Assembly (NCBI GenBank): GCA_964393975.1
Contig: CAYMVO010000001.1
Location: 74,537-138,536, forward strand
Reading direction: 5' to 3'
Source of the DNA: an uncultured Lachnospiraceae bacterium
GTDB taxonomy: Bacteria; Bacillota; Clostridia; Christensenellales; UBA1242
Length of the DNA stretch: 64,000 nucleotides
The translations under genes were made by a program, and so were the position numbers. Positions 36,800 through 46,534 of the stretch are shown one piece after another. Positions within the stretch are counted from its first letter, which is position 1. Each line of letters starts with the position of its first letter. A model generated the notes under the pieces. That model was not told the origin of the DNA. It saw nothing but the letters and a program-made list of their open reading frames with translations, and did no database searches.

Positions 36800-37468
36800 T
36801 TACACCCCTAAAATTAATCCAAATAAATTGTACATAGGTATGAGCACCCAGTTTAGCATCAACCCCATCACATATCCTAAAACATCAGATATTAAAAGGA
36901 TAAGCATTATCCACATCCCATATTGACGCATAAAATTAAAGAAACTTCCGTTTGGATTTTTAGATATTGCTCTTAACGCATTGTATCCATCTAGAGGAAA
37001 AATAGGAAGCAAATTGAACACTGCAAGCACAAAAGATAGGTAACTCACATAAAACATAAACACTTGTAAAAACTTGAGAATAGCCACCGACTCCGCATTT
37101 ATAAACAACATTGACACCACATAAAAAAAGCCAAATACAATAGTCAAAACAACATTCATCGTTATACCAGCAAGACTAACCTTTAAATCACTCTTTCTAC
37201 CGTTTTTAAAATTTAAAGGATTTACAGGTACAGGCTTTGCCCAACCAAATCCAAAAAGCACAAGAAGAATTGTACCAATCAAATCTAAATGAACCAAAGG
37301 ATTTAATGATAACCTACCTAACGCTTTAGCTGTAGGATCGCCCTCTTTATATGCGATATACCCGTGCGACCATTCGTGAAGTGACAGCGCTATTAACAAC
37401 GCCAAAATAAAAGCACAACCATATATAATAATATCAGTACCTTGATACATTCTAAAAATATTAATCAT
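36800..37468 (-). CDS. Site-2 protease (M50) family membrane metalloprotease
   Basis: HExxH within a TM (LHEWSHGYIA), LNPLVHLD and PLDGY motifs. Polytopic, 222 aa. Confidence 0.75.
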   Translation of the reverse strand: MINIFRMYQGTDIIIYGCAFILALLIALSLHEWSHGYIAYKEGDPTAKALGRLSLNPLVHLDLIGTILLVLFGFGWAKPVPVNPLNFKNGRKSDLKVSLAGITMNVVLTIVFGFFYVVSMLFINAESVAILKFLQVFMFYVSYLSFVLAVFNLLPIFPLDGYNALRAISKNPNGSFFNFMRQYGMWIMLILLISDVLGYVMGLMLNWVLIPMYNLFGLILGV

Positions 37469-37553
37469 AAAAATCTCCTTTGGTTATTATACAATAAACA
37501 ATTTAAAAAAGCAATCATTTCCTAAAGAAAAAAGGGCTTTTGCCCTTAGTTTA

Positions 37554-38696
37554 CTACCATTCTTCTATAATATCACTAATATAATCTTTGTAAGATTTTA
37601 AACTAACATCTTCTTTCGCAATTAATCCCACTTCACCAATCAATTCGTTTTCATTATAAATATACGCTTTTCCAATCTCGTCCCCACCTTTATAATCTCT
37701 ATCTATATCATAAATTATAGTTTGCACTTCGTAAGACATTGTTTTACCTTTTCTCGCTACAATACCAAAATCATTACTCGGATACAATTCAACATTTTCA
37801 GGTCTCACCTTATTATTTTCAAGCACACCTATAGAGGTATCTGTACTTAAAACATTGTGATTTTCAAAATTTACAAATCCAAAATTGATAAGATTTTTAT
37901 TGTCTTCAAATCTATTTTTTGTACTATCAGCGCCCAAGACAACCGCTATAAGAGACATATCATTCCTTTTTGTTAAAATGCTTAAACAATATCCCGCATT
38001 ATCCGTTGTACCAGTCTTTCCTCCCTCACACCCCTCTAAAGTCCTAATTAACTTGTTCGTATTAGCAATTTCTGTCACTCTACCTGATGGATGTATGTAT
38101 TCCTCACACCAAATCTTAGCATACTGTTTATAAATTGGATGATTAAAAACTACACTAGATAATTTAGCCACATCAAGCGCACTAGAATACTGATCTTCTC
38201 TTAAGCCCGTACAATCAGTATATAGTGTATTACTCAAACCAAGTACGCTAGCGGTAGTATTCATCTCTCTTACAAAAACATTTTCACTCCCACATATACT
38301 TTCCGCTAAAACCACCGAGCTATCATTCGCAGATGCCACTATCACACTCTTTAAAAGGTCACTTAATTTATGTTTCGTGTTAGGATCAAGGAATAATTGC
38401 GAACCTCCCATACTACAAGCGTACTCACTCGCAACCAATTCATCACTTAGACTCAACTCTCCTTTATCTATTTTATCAAAAGTTATTTTTAGCGTCATCA
38501 ATTTTACTATACTAGCAACAGGTAATTTTTTATCAGCATCTTGAGAAAGTAAAACTTCCCCACTTACCGCATCAATCAAAACAGCGCTTTTACAATTTGG
38601 TGCTATTTGCAACTCTTCAGCACAAACAGTATGATTATCAACACAAATCGAGATCATTAAGATTAAACCAAAAATCAAACAAAATACTCTTTTCAT
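37554..38696 (-). CDS. D-alanyl-D-alanine carboxypeptidase (peptidase S11), second paralog
   Basis: Signal peptide, SxxK (ASIVK), SxN (SANDS), KTG (KTGTT). Confidence 0.85.
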   Translation of the reverse strand: MKRVFCLIFGLILMISICVDNHTVCAEELQIAPNCKSAVLIDAVSGEVLLSQDADKKLPVASIVKLMTLKITFDKIDKGELSLSDELVASEYACSMGGSQLFLDPNTKHKLSDLLKSVIVASANDSSVVLAESICGSENVFVREMNTTASVLGLSNTLYTDCTGLREDQYSSALDVAKLSSVVFNHPIYKQYAKIWCEEYIHPSGRVTEIANTNKLIRTLEGCEGGKTGTTDNAGYCLSILTKRNDMSLIAVVLGADSTKNRFEDNKNLINFGFVNFENHNVLSTDTSIGVLENNKVRPENVELYPSNDFGIVARKGKTMSYEVQTIIYDIDRDYKGGDEIGKAYIYNENELIGEVGLIAKEDVSLKSYKDYISDIIEEW

Positions 38697-38748
38697 AAAG
38701 ACTCCTAATATTTAAACTCTATGAGTAGTATAAGTATTTCTTTGATTT

Positions 38749-39375
38749 TTATTCTATTAAAAACTTCAATACAATTAAACTTATTAAAATTGCTTCTATT
38801 AAAGCAATCATCGCTAACATTATTAAATATGTAATCACTAATTTTTGAGGTAACATACAATCACTATAACCCACTTTACCATATTTTTTATTATTTAAGC
38901 ACCTATTAAAAAACATACAGGCACAATTAAAATAGATTGCAACACTTAAAAGCCAACACGGTATAAATATGACTACCCCACAAAACACGCCACCTACACC
39001 CAATGTCAAAAAAATCAGTGTTATATTAAAACTAAAATTATACCCCCTATATAAAATACATAAACCAATTAGCGGAGTCAACCAAATATTAAGAGAACAT
39101 ACGATAATAGCAACTAATAACAAGGCATCGTAAAATAATCTCAAAATCAAAAAAACAAAAAAAGATATTTCATCATTAAAAAATCTTAGCAAAACAGTAT
39201 CCATAAGAAGGTCAATTTTTTTATCACTAATTCCAGAAGCTGTAAATATTCCTATAAGCACTCCTACAACAAAAAACACCAATAACCCAATATAACAAAA
39301 TTTATTGTCTAGGATATGGCGTTTTATCATTTGAAAATAATACGATTTCCTTCTACTACTCACATAATCTATCAT
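38749..39375 (-). CDS. spoIIM: Stage II sporulation protein M-like membrane protein
   Basis: About 200 aa and polytopic. Topology and length resemble SpoIIM (one N-terminal TM after a short basic head, then 4-5 more TMs). No strong RBS at either candidate start (39375 or 39330). Confidence 0.45.
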   Translation of the reverse strand: MIDYVSSRRKSYYFQMIKRHILDNKFCYIGLLVFFVVGVLIGIFTASGISDKKIDLLMDTVLLRFFNDEISFFVFLILRLFYDALLLVAIIVCSLNIWLTPLIGLCILYRGYNFSFNITLIFLTLGVGGVFCGVVIFIPCWLLSVAIYFNCACMFFNRCLNNKKYGKVGYSDCMLPQKLVITYLIMLAMIALIEAILISLIVLKFLIE

Positions 39376-39407
39376 ATTTAATTATATGATGTAAGCAAAC
39401 AATTTAT

Positions 39408-40643
39408 TTAATTATTAAGCATCCAATCAATATAAATACCAAACCCTCTCGTTGGATCATTAACAAACACATGTGTAACAGCACCTATAATCTTACCATC
39501 TTGAATTATAGGACTACCACTCATCCCTTGAACTATGCCACCAGTTTTTTCTAGCAATCTCTTGTCGGTAACCTTTATCACCATACTTCGGTCACTACTA
39601 TTTTTTTGATAATTCGTTTTGATGATTTCTATATCATACTCATCAACCACACCACCACTTAGACAAGTCAAAATTTTTGCTTTACCAGGTTTTGCCGTGA
39701 GTCTACCACCTATCTTATAAGTTGCACCATTATTAAGCGAACTACCAGTATCAATATTACCAAACACACCGTATTTATTGTTTTTATCTACTACTCCTTG
39801 CTCATTTTTCCCCGCGACAAACAAACCTCTCAACTCACCAGTCTTGCCCCGCTCACCTTTATTCACACCTATAATATCGCATTCGTAAATTTCACCTCCC
39901 ACAATTTGCATACATTCATCACTATCCCCCTCACATATACCATGTCCAAGTGCGCCAAATCTTCCATTATCTTTTCTAACAAAAGTCAGCGTTCCGACAC
40001 CTGTAGCATCTTCCCTCACCCAGATACCAAGTTTATAACGATTAGTCACGTATTCCTTAGCGGGTGTAACACTGCCTGCTATTTCATTTCCATTTCTATA
40101 AGCAACTATTTCTAAAGGTTCTCCAGCGTATTCAGTCCTAAATAACAGTTCATCAATATCTTGCATATTTGATACTTTAACTCCGTTCACACTTGCTATT
40201 CTGTCACCTATTTTAAAATTAGTTTCTTTAAAAGGATTGACACAACCTTCTTTTGTAATAACATCATTAAACCCAACAATAATCACACCATTACACTTAA
40301 GAGCAAAGCCCAAAGCATTTCCGCCGGCAGTAACTTCATTGTTATGTATCAGATTAACATCTACTTCTTTAATAGTTACTAAATTAAATAGTTTAATGTT
40401 TAATTTGCTAGTATCAACTTCACTAGTTGTACTAACAGTGGCTACACTATCATCTAACTCTAATGACAAATACCGCCCCAACATTTTTTCCTTGTTTGCA
40501 CTACAAACCTCTTCATAAGAAGTATACATATTGTTTGGTAAAGCATTAATAAAATCGTATGGTAGTGAGGCAAGTATAAAGCTAACACAGAAAATAATTA
40601 CGTAAATAACCACACTAGCAATACGAGAAAAAAATTTTAACAT
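39408..40643 (-). CDS. spoIVB: SpoIVB peptidase (S55)
   Basis: N-terminal TM, PDZ region (GDRIASVNGVKV), and protease domain with GTLTF...GALGH and GMSGSPI. Confidence 0.92.
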   Translation of the reverse strand: MLKFFSRIASVVIYVIIFCVSFILASLPYDFINALPNNMYTSYEEVCSANKEKMLGRYLSLELDDSVATVSTTSEVDTSKLNIKLFNLVTIKEVDVNLIHNNEVTAGGNALGFALKCNGVIIVGFNDVITKEGCVNPFKETNFKIGDRIASVNGVKVSNMQDIDELLFRTEYAGEPLEIVAYRNGNEIAGSVTPAKEYVTNRYKLGIWVREDATGVGTLTFVRKDNGRFGALGHGICEGDSDECMQIVGGEIYECDIIGVNKGERGKTGELRGLFVAGKNEQGVVDKNNKYGVFGNIDTGSSLNNGATYKIGGRLTAKPGKAKILTCLSGGVVDEYDIEIIKTNYQKNSSDRSMVIKVTDKRLLEKTGGIVQGMSGSPIIQDGKIIGAVTHVFVNDPTRGFGIYIDWMLNN

Positions 40644-40688
40644 AAAAAACCACTCCTCTTAGAAGTAGTTTAATAAAAAAATCATTAA

Positions 40689-42368
40689 TTATTCACAAGT
40701 ACACTTGCCAATTTTTAACTCTCGTGATTTTTGTCGTAATGCCTTAGCGTATCCATACGAGCTATCTTCCTTGAGACCACTTAAGCGCATAAGCTCCTTT
40801 ATAACGCCATCTTCATCAATTTTATCAATAGTTGTTGTCGTGGACTCATTCATACTATGTTTTGAAATTAAATAATTTTGATCACCCATTGAAACTATTT
40901 GAGGCAAATGTGAAACAACCAAAACTTGATTTTTACAAGAAATTGAAGAAAGTTTTTCGGCAACCTTATACCCTACATCACCGCTAATACCTGCATCAAT
41001 CTCATCAAAGACAAGTGTACTAACACCCTCTTTACTCGCCACAACATCCTTATATGCCAGCATAAACCGAGAAAGTTCGCCACCGCTAATAACCTTAGAT
41101 AAAGAACGAACTGGTTCACCCTCATTAGCGCTAAACGCAAACTCAATATCATCAGTACCACTTAAAGTTGGTTCACATTTTTCAAACAAAACTTCAAATT
41201 TAGCACCTTTCATATTAAGTTCCGCAAGCCTTTTTTCTATATCAACACTCATCTTTTTAGCAATTCGCATTCTAATATTTGTCAGTTTTTCACACTCGCC
41301 TTTAATCAAAGCATTCAGTACATCACGCTCATTTTGTAGTTTTTGTATGTACTCATCATCATTTTTAAAATTCATCAATTTATTTATAGCATTCGCATAA
41401 AACTCTTTCACATCACCATATTTACGACTTAATGTTTTATATGTATCCAACCTCTCTTCAATGGCGTTTAACTCATTTTGATCATAATACAAACTATCCG
41501 CCAAAGACCTACACGAATCAGCAATATCATCAAATTCTAAAACAACGGAACGCATTCTATCACTAAGTTCATTATACTCTTCGCCAACATCGCTTATGTT
41601 ATCCAAAGATATAGAACATTCTCTAAGCAATGCACCTACACCCGTTCCTGCGTAATCATCCACAATTTCAACAACAGTATTTAACGAACGCGCAATTCTT
41701 TCCATTGAAAGCATCATAGTCCTTTTGTCGTTTAATTCATCTTCTTCGCCGTCTTTCAAGTTTGCTTTCTCAATCTCATCAATTTGGTACTCAAGAATCT
41801 CGACAGCTTTTGCCCTCTCTACCGGATCTGCAATATGCTCATTAAACAATTTATCCAGATCTCCTTTTTTAGTAAATAGTTGCTTTAAATTTTCTTTTAC
41901 AGGAGTCATCTCTCCCTCATCCAAAGAATCTAAAACGCTTAAATGCTTATTTACATTTAACAATTCGTACGAATCAAACTGTCCATAAAAATCAACTAAC
42001 GAGGATGCAATACTTTTCAGCATGCTAAGAGTAGCCATACAGCCATTTATGCGTATGTCGCTTTTACCATCTTGCTTTAATGTTCTAGAAATAATTAGGT
42101 AATCATCCTCACAATCAATATTCAATTCTTTTAATATATCTATAGTATTAGAATTTAGTTTACTAAAGACAACCTCTACTCTTAATTCATTTTCACCATT
42201 TCTGATATTTTGTTTATCAGACCTAGCACCAAGCGCAAACCTAATCGCATTCAAAATAATACTCTTTCCCGCGCCCGTTTCTCCCGACAAAACGTTTAAG
42301 CCCTCACCAAATTCTATCTCATGAAGTCTTATAAGTGCAAAATTTTTTATCTTAATAAAGTTTAACAT
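40689..42368 (-). CDS. recN: DNA repair protein RecN
   Basis: Walker A GETGAGKSI, a long coiled-coil, signature SGGELSR and Walker B LVFDEIDAGISG. Confidence 0.93.
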   Translation of the reverse strand: MLNFIKIKNFALIRLHEIEFGEGLNVLSGETGAGKSIILNAIRFALGARSDKQNIRNGENELRVEVVFSKLNSNTIDILKELNIDCEDDYLIISRTLKQDGKSDIRINGCMATLSMLKSIASSLVDFYGQFDSYELLNVNKHLSVLDSLDEGEMTPVKENLKQLFTKKGDLDKLFNEHIADPVERAKAVEILEYQIDEIEKANLKDGEEDELNDKRTMMLSMERIARSLNTVVEIVDDYAGTGVGALLRECSISLDNISDVGEEYNELSDRMRSVVLEFDDIADSCRSLADSLYYDQNELNAIEERLDTYKTLSRKYGDVKEFYANAINKLMNFKNDDEYIQKLQNERDVLNALIKGECEKLTNIRMRIAKKMSVDIEKRLAELNMKGAKFEVLFEKCEPTLSGTDDIEFAFSANEGEPVRSLSKVISGGELSRFMLAYKDVVASKEGVSTLVFDEIDAGISGDVGYKVAEKLSSISCKNQVLVVSHLPQIVSMGDQNYLISKHSMNESTTTTIDKIDEDGVIKELMRLSGLKEDSSYGYAKALRQKSRELKIGKCTCE

Positions 42369-42380
42369 AGTAACATCCTT

Positions 42381-42839
42381 TTATGAATACATCAATTTAC
42401 TAACTGCGTTACTAGCACAATTGGAATGATCAAAATCTTCAAAATACAAAGTCACGGTGTCTTCACCATACACAGAACCTATAATATCTTCTATACCTAT
42501 TTTATCGATAAAAGAATTTACAGCACTCGCAAGACCTTTTATCGTCTTAATCATCAAGACATTATTCATAAGTCTAAAACTCAAAACGCTTTCCTTAAAA
42601 ATATTAACATACTTGCTAGATATATTTTGTTCAGTAGCGGTCTCAATATACGCATATTTGTACTTTTTATTAGGTGACATTATCTTTATCAAACCAAGCT
42701 CTTTAATATCACGACTAATTGTTGCCTGAGTTATATCAAAATTAGCTTGTCTTAACAACTCCACTAACTCCTCTTGCTTCTCAATCTCGTGTGTACTTAT
42801 CAATTCTAAAATCTTTGACTGCCTCAAACTTCTGGCCAT
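42381..42839 (-). CDS. argR: Arginine repressor ArgR/AhrC
   Basis: N-terminal wHTH (RQSKILELISTHEIEKQEELVELL...TQATISRDIKEL) and a C-terminal oligomerisation domain (GDTV-like EDTVTLYF). The ATG at 42839 has a GAGGTGA RBS. Confidence 0.88.
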   Translation of the reverse strand: MARSLRQSKILELISTHEIEKQEELVELLRQANFDITQATISRDIKELGLIKIMSPNKKYKYAYIETATEQNISSKYVNIFKESVLSFRLMNNVLMIKTIKGLASAVNSFIDKIGIEDIIGSVYGEDTVTLYFEDFDHSNCASNAVSKLMYS

Positions 42840-42870
42840 AATCTCACCTCGTAAAATTATATTCAGTGAC

Positions 42871-42899
42871 ATTATACATAAAAAATTTCTTGAAAGCAA
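42871..42899 (-). promoter_or_regulatory. Sigma-A promoter for argR-recN
   Basis: On the minus strand: TTGCTT (42899-42894), 17-nt spacer, TATAAT (42876-42871). Confidence 0.5.
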
Positions 42900-42906
42900 G
42901 TACTTT

Positions 42907-42981
42907 TGTATAAATATTCACGATATTTTTTATATTTATACAGCATATACAATGAATAATTATGCAGTGAATATTTATACA
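42907..42981. promoter_or_regulatory. Three ARG-box-like operator half-palindromes
   Basis: TGAATATTTATACA occurs twice (42920-42907 inverted, 42968-42981) and TGAATAATTATGCA once (42953-42966). They match the TGAAT-W4-ATTCA ARG-box pattern. Two are adjacent with a 1-nt gap. Confidence 0.6.
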
Positions 42982-43043
42982 ATTTATACAACAACCACAT
43001 TATATAGTGTATTTTAATATTAAAGCATACTATATAGAGTATA

Positions 43044-43649
43044 TTATCTAAATATAAGGCTTAAACACCTGCCCGCACTAAGTAATATTTTCTCACTATT
43101 TTTCACGGCGAAACCTTTTTCTAATGATTTACCAAATATTGTTATACCTGCTATTAAACCACTAACTAAAGCGCTTACCAAGACTGAAAGAGTTTGATTT
43201 GCCCCCTCACCTATTAATCTAGCAACAATAGCAACTCCCGATGCACCGCACAAAATCCCGCAAACATCTCCAATAATATCACAACAAATAACGGAAACTT
43301 TTTCTGCGTTACAAACCAAAATCAACGACTGTTTAGCGCCTTTTACCCCATTCCTCTCATAGTCCTCAAACACCTTTTCATCACAAGATGTCGTAGCGAC
43401 ACCAATGCAATCAAAAAAAATACCGATAACCATTAACACTACTATAACTAGTAACGAAACAATTAAAGATGCCGATGTCAAAGCCAACTCGCTAAGTATA
43501 GAAAACATTATTGATAATGCTAATGTCAAAAACAACACCCTTACACACCAAGACCAATTTATAAACTTTTTTTTAGCGTAAATAGTAACCCTTCTCTTCT
43601 TATTTTGTTGTTTAATTTTTTCAAAATCACTTATTTCATTCATACTCAC
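43044..43649 (-). CDS. Cys-rich polytopic membrane protein, tentatively DUF21/CNNM-transmembrane-like
   Basis: Basic N-terminus followed by TMs. The segment ERNGVKGAKQSLILVCNAEKVSVICCDIIGDVCGIL loosely parallels the CorB/DUF21 pattern (G..A....l......lL.t.liG). The assignment is weak. Confidence 0.35.
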   Translation of the reverse strand: MSMNEISDFEKIKQQNKKRRVTIYAKKKFINWSWCVRVLFLTLALSIMFSILSELALTSASLIVSLLVIVVLMVIGIFFDCIGVATTSCDEKVFEDYERNGVKGAKQSLILVCNAEKVSVICCDIIGDVCGILCGASGVAIVARLIGEGANQTLSVLVSALVSGLIAGITIFGKSLEKGFAVKNSEKILLSAGRCLSLIFR

Positions 43650-43657
43650 CTACAAAA

Positions 43658-43690
43658 AAACAAATCCTAAAAATAGGATTTGATATATTA
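43658..43690 (-). terminator. Intrinsic terminator after xseB
   Basis: On the minus strand: AAATCCT-ATTTTT-AGGATTT followed by GTTTTTTT. Confidence 0.55.
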
Positions 43691-43718
43691 TATTTTTATT
43701 TTATTGCAAGTAGAACGC

Positions 43719-43925
43719 TTACTTCATTTCTTCTTCAACATATTTATCTGATTCTTGCTTTATTTGTAATAGTTTGCCTTTTTGAGCATTCAACTCATCT
43801 AAAAGTCTTTTCCTGCAATCACAAGCCTCTTCAAAAAGCTTAACGCTTTCATCTAATCCTTTGTCTCCATTTTCAAGCAAACTAACTATTTCATTCAATC
43901 TTTTATAGTCTTCCTCAAAGTTCAT
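43719..43925 (-). CDS. xseB: Exodeoxyribonuclease VII small subunit
   Basis: 68-aa helical protein with FEEDYKRLNEIVSLLENGDKGLDESVKLFEEA. Immediately downstream of xseA. Confidence 0.88.
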   Translation of the reverse strand: MNFEEDYKRLNEIVSLLENGDKGLDESVKLFEEACDCRKRLLDELNAQKGKLLQIKQESDKYVEEEMK

Positions 43926-43926
43926 A

Positions 43927-45114
43927 TTATTCTCCTTTTATATCTATAACATTTGTATATATTACACCATCTTTAATTTTCACAACCAACTCATCTGCTT
44001 TCGCCACATCTTTAATACTAGTCACCACTCTCCCGTGTGTCTCTAACTTTGCATATCCTTTGTCCAACATTTGATTTGGATTTAACATATCAAGACTCTT
44101 ACTCATAACCAACAAATTTGAAGTAATTGTCTCAGCTTTTAGAGATGCTAAATGATAAATATCTTGATAAAAACTTTCAATGCGTGATTTTATTTGTATA
44201 ATAGTAGAATTAAAGTTTGTAACCAATTTATCTATACAGGAATTAATCTTACTCTCCAAGACCTTATATCTAGCATTTAATACATTCTCTATTCGTAATA
44301 TCGCTTTGTCGATATATTCAATCACCGCTCCACGGTCTATCACAGCTAACTCTGCACCCGCAGACGGTGTTGGGGCGCGCAAGTCTGAAACAAAGTCTAT
44401 TATACTATAATCTGTCTCATGCCCCACCGCTGAAATAATAGGCTTTTTACAATTAAAAGTTGCTCTAGCTACAATTTCAGTATTGAATGGCATCAAATCT
44501 TCAAAGGAGCCACCTCCTCGAGCCACAATAACCACATCCACTTTATCATAATCACTAAAAAAGTTTATACCTTCCGCGATTTGTTCTTCTGAGCCCACAC
44601 CTTGAACCTTTACAGGATACAACACAATATCAACGCTATCATTTCTACGAGTGGTCACATTGATGATATCTTGAATGACCGCACCTGTACTAGATGACAC
44701 CACGCCAATACGCTTGACAAATTTTGGAATAGGTTTTTTATATTTCACATCGAACAAGCCCTCAGACTCAAGTTTTTGTTTCAATTCTAAATATTTTTGA
44801 TACAAAACGCCCTTGCCGTAAGGAACTACTTCACGCGCAATGAAAGTCAGTTTTCCACCCTTCATATAAAATTGTGGCGTACCAGTAAGAAGAACCTGCT
44901 CACCATTAACCAAAATATCTTTGTTAGATAACCCAAACACCATACATTGAATAAGCGCTTTTTCATCCTTAATATTAAAATAAATGTTACCATTAGATAC
45001 GCTAGCGTTACTGACTTCGCCATACATTTTTACATTATGCAAAACCTCTTCTGCACTAAAAATTCTATAAATGTACTCACTAATTTGAGATACAGTAAAA
45101 ACCATTTCCCCCAT
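43927..45114 (-). CDS. xseA: Exodeoxyribonuclease VII large subunit
   Basis: N-terminal OB fold (VSQISEYIYRIF...GEVSN), catalytic core GVVSSSTGAVIQDI...ARGGGSFEDL...PIISAVGHETD. Confidence 0.92.
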   Translation of the reverse strand: MGEMVFTVSQISEYIYRIFSAEEVLHNVKMYGEVSNASVSNGNIYFNIKDEKALIQCMVFGLSNKDILVNGEQVLLTGTPQFYMKGGKLTFIAREVVPYGKGVLYQKYLELKQKLESEGLFDVKYKKPIPKFVKRIGVVSSSTGAVIQDIINVTTRRNDSVDIVLYPVKVQGVGSEEQIAEGINFFSDYDKVDVVIVARGGGSFEDLMPFNTEIVARATFNCKKPIISAVGHETDYSIIDFVSDLRAPTPSAGAELAVIDRGAVIEYIDKAILRIENVLNARYKVLESKINSCIDKLVTNFNSTIIQIKSRIESFYQDIYHLASLKAETITSNLLVMSKSLDMLNPNQMLDKGYAKLETHGRVVTSIKDVAKADELVVKIKDGVIYTNVIDIKGE

Positions 45115-45119
45115 ACCGC

Positions 45120-45542
45120 TTAAGCAACCACCTTACTTAAAACGCCGTGTACAAATTTATAGCTTTTTTCATCGCTATACTTTTTTGAAAGTTCGACAGC
45201 TTCATTAATAACCACTTTAAAACCAGTCTCTTTGTAATACTCTAACTCACACACCGCTATCATTAATATAGCTAAATCACTTTTGTAAATCCTATCAAGA
45301 CTATAATTAGTGATATTCTTAGCGAGCACATCCAAAATTTGATTAGAATGACTTAAGGTGGTCTTAGCGAGTTCTACACCGAACTCAGCATCTTCCTTTG
45401 TTAAATTATTTTCATTGAGATAGTCCTCAATATTAAAACATTCATTCACATCGACATTACCAGTCTTTAGGTTATCCAACCCAACAAAAAGACTTGAAAA
45501 AACTATTTTAAAACCTAACTCTCTTGACTTTTTTCTACTCAT
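45120..45542 (-). CDS. nusB: Transcription antitermination factor NusB
   Basis: MSRKKSRELGFKIVF start and C-terminal KFVHGVLSKV. The ATG at 45542 has a GGGAGA RBS. Confidence 0.88.
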   Translation of the reverse strand: MSRKKSRELGFKIVFSSLFVGLDNLKTGNVDVNECFNIEDYLNENNLTKEDAEFGVELAKTTLSHSNQILDVLAKNITNYSLDRIYKSDLAILMIAVCELEYYKETGFKVVINEAVELSKKYSDEKSYKFVHGVLSKVVA

Positions 45543-45590
45543 ACTTAATTCTCCCAAACGACAAAAAAGCTTTTAATGAAATTTAAAAGC

Positions 45591-45968
45591 TTAATTTTGC
45601 GACTCCTCTCCATCGTTAAACACAACACCTACCACATGTACATTTATCTTTTCTATAGATAGATTTACCATAGTACCAATGCTGTTTTTGATGTTTTGCT
45701 GTATCTTATAAGTAACTTCTGGTACATTATAATTTTGATAAACATTAATGTAAACATCAACAACAATCTTATTATCTGCAACAAATTTAATCTTAGCACC
45801 GTTGTAGTAATTGCTAGACAATTTATCTTTTATCCTACTTGTAAACCTATCATCCATACTAGCAACACCAGTAATTTCTTTTGTCGCTAATGAAATTATA
45901 GAAAGTATATTATTTTTGTTGCAAAACACTACTCCGTCACTAGAATTTTTTTCAATTTGATTAGTCAT
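45591..45968 (-). CDS. Asp23/Gls24 family envelope stress protein (YqhY-like)
   Basis: ISLATKEITGVASM...INVYQNYNVPEVTYKIQQNIKNSI...KINVHVVGV pattern. 125 aa. Conserved position upstream of nusB. Confidence 0.8.
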   Translation of the reverse strand: MTNQIEKNSSDGVVFCNKNNILSIISLATKEITGVASMDDRFTSRIKDKLSSNYYNGAKIKFVADNKIVVDVYINVYQNYNVPEVTYKIQQNIKNSIGTMVNLSIEKINVHVVGVVFNDGEESQN

Positions 45969-46040
45969 ACAAAACCCTTCTTTGTCTTTTTTAGTTAGTA
46001 TAACACATTAACTAAAAATTTTCAATGATTTTATGTATGT

Positions 46041-46517
46041 TTATTCTACAGGAATAATTTTTATATTATCAATAGATTTTCCCGTTTGCTCTTCAATAAC
46101 ACTCACTATTTGACTCACTTCACCTGCAGTTAACTCAGCTGACTTAACAATTACATTTACATTGTTAGTAGTATTAGTCACAACAACATCATCAAACCCC
46201 TTCGCCTTAATTAAACCCTCAATGACAAGTTCCAACTCCATAGTTTGCACCAAAGAGACCTTTTTATCCTCCGCTGTCTTTTTTGCCTCATCTGTGCTTG
46301 ACTCATTTTTTATGATAGCATCCAAATACATAATTTCTTGATTACGAGTATTTATTCTATCCGTTCTATAAGTGGCGAAAAAACTTGCTTGTGATGTATT
46401 ATTATTGTTTGACACATTAGATACGCTGTTATTTAGTGCAATATTTAAATACCCACTCACCACCAACAAAACAGCCATTACTGATAAAATTATAATTTTT
46501 TTCTTCCTAGATAACAT
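46041..46517 (-). CDS. spoIIIAH: Stage III sporulation protein AH
   Basis: Last gene of the spoIIIA operon. N-terminal TM, and a C-terminal YscJ/FliF-like domain ending in VNVIVKSAELTAGEVSQI. Confidence 0.8.
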   Translation of the reverse strand: MLSRKKKIIILSVMAVLLVVSGYLNIALNNSVSNVSNNNNTSQASFFATYRTDRINTRNQEIMYLDAIIKNESSTDEAKKTAEDKKVSLVQTMELELVIEGLIKAKGFDDVVVTNTTNNVNVIVKSAELTAGEVSQIVSVIEEQTGKSIDNIKIIPVE

Positions 46518-46534
46518 ATTTTACTCCTTTTTAT

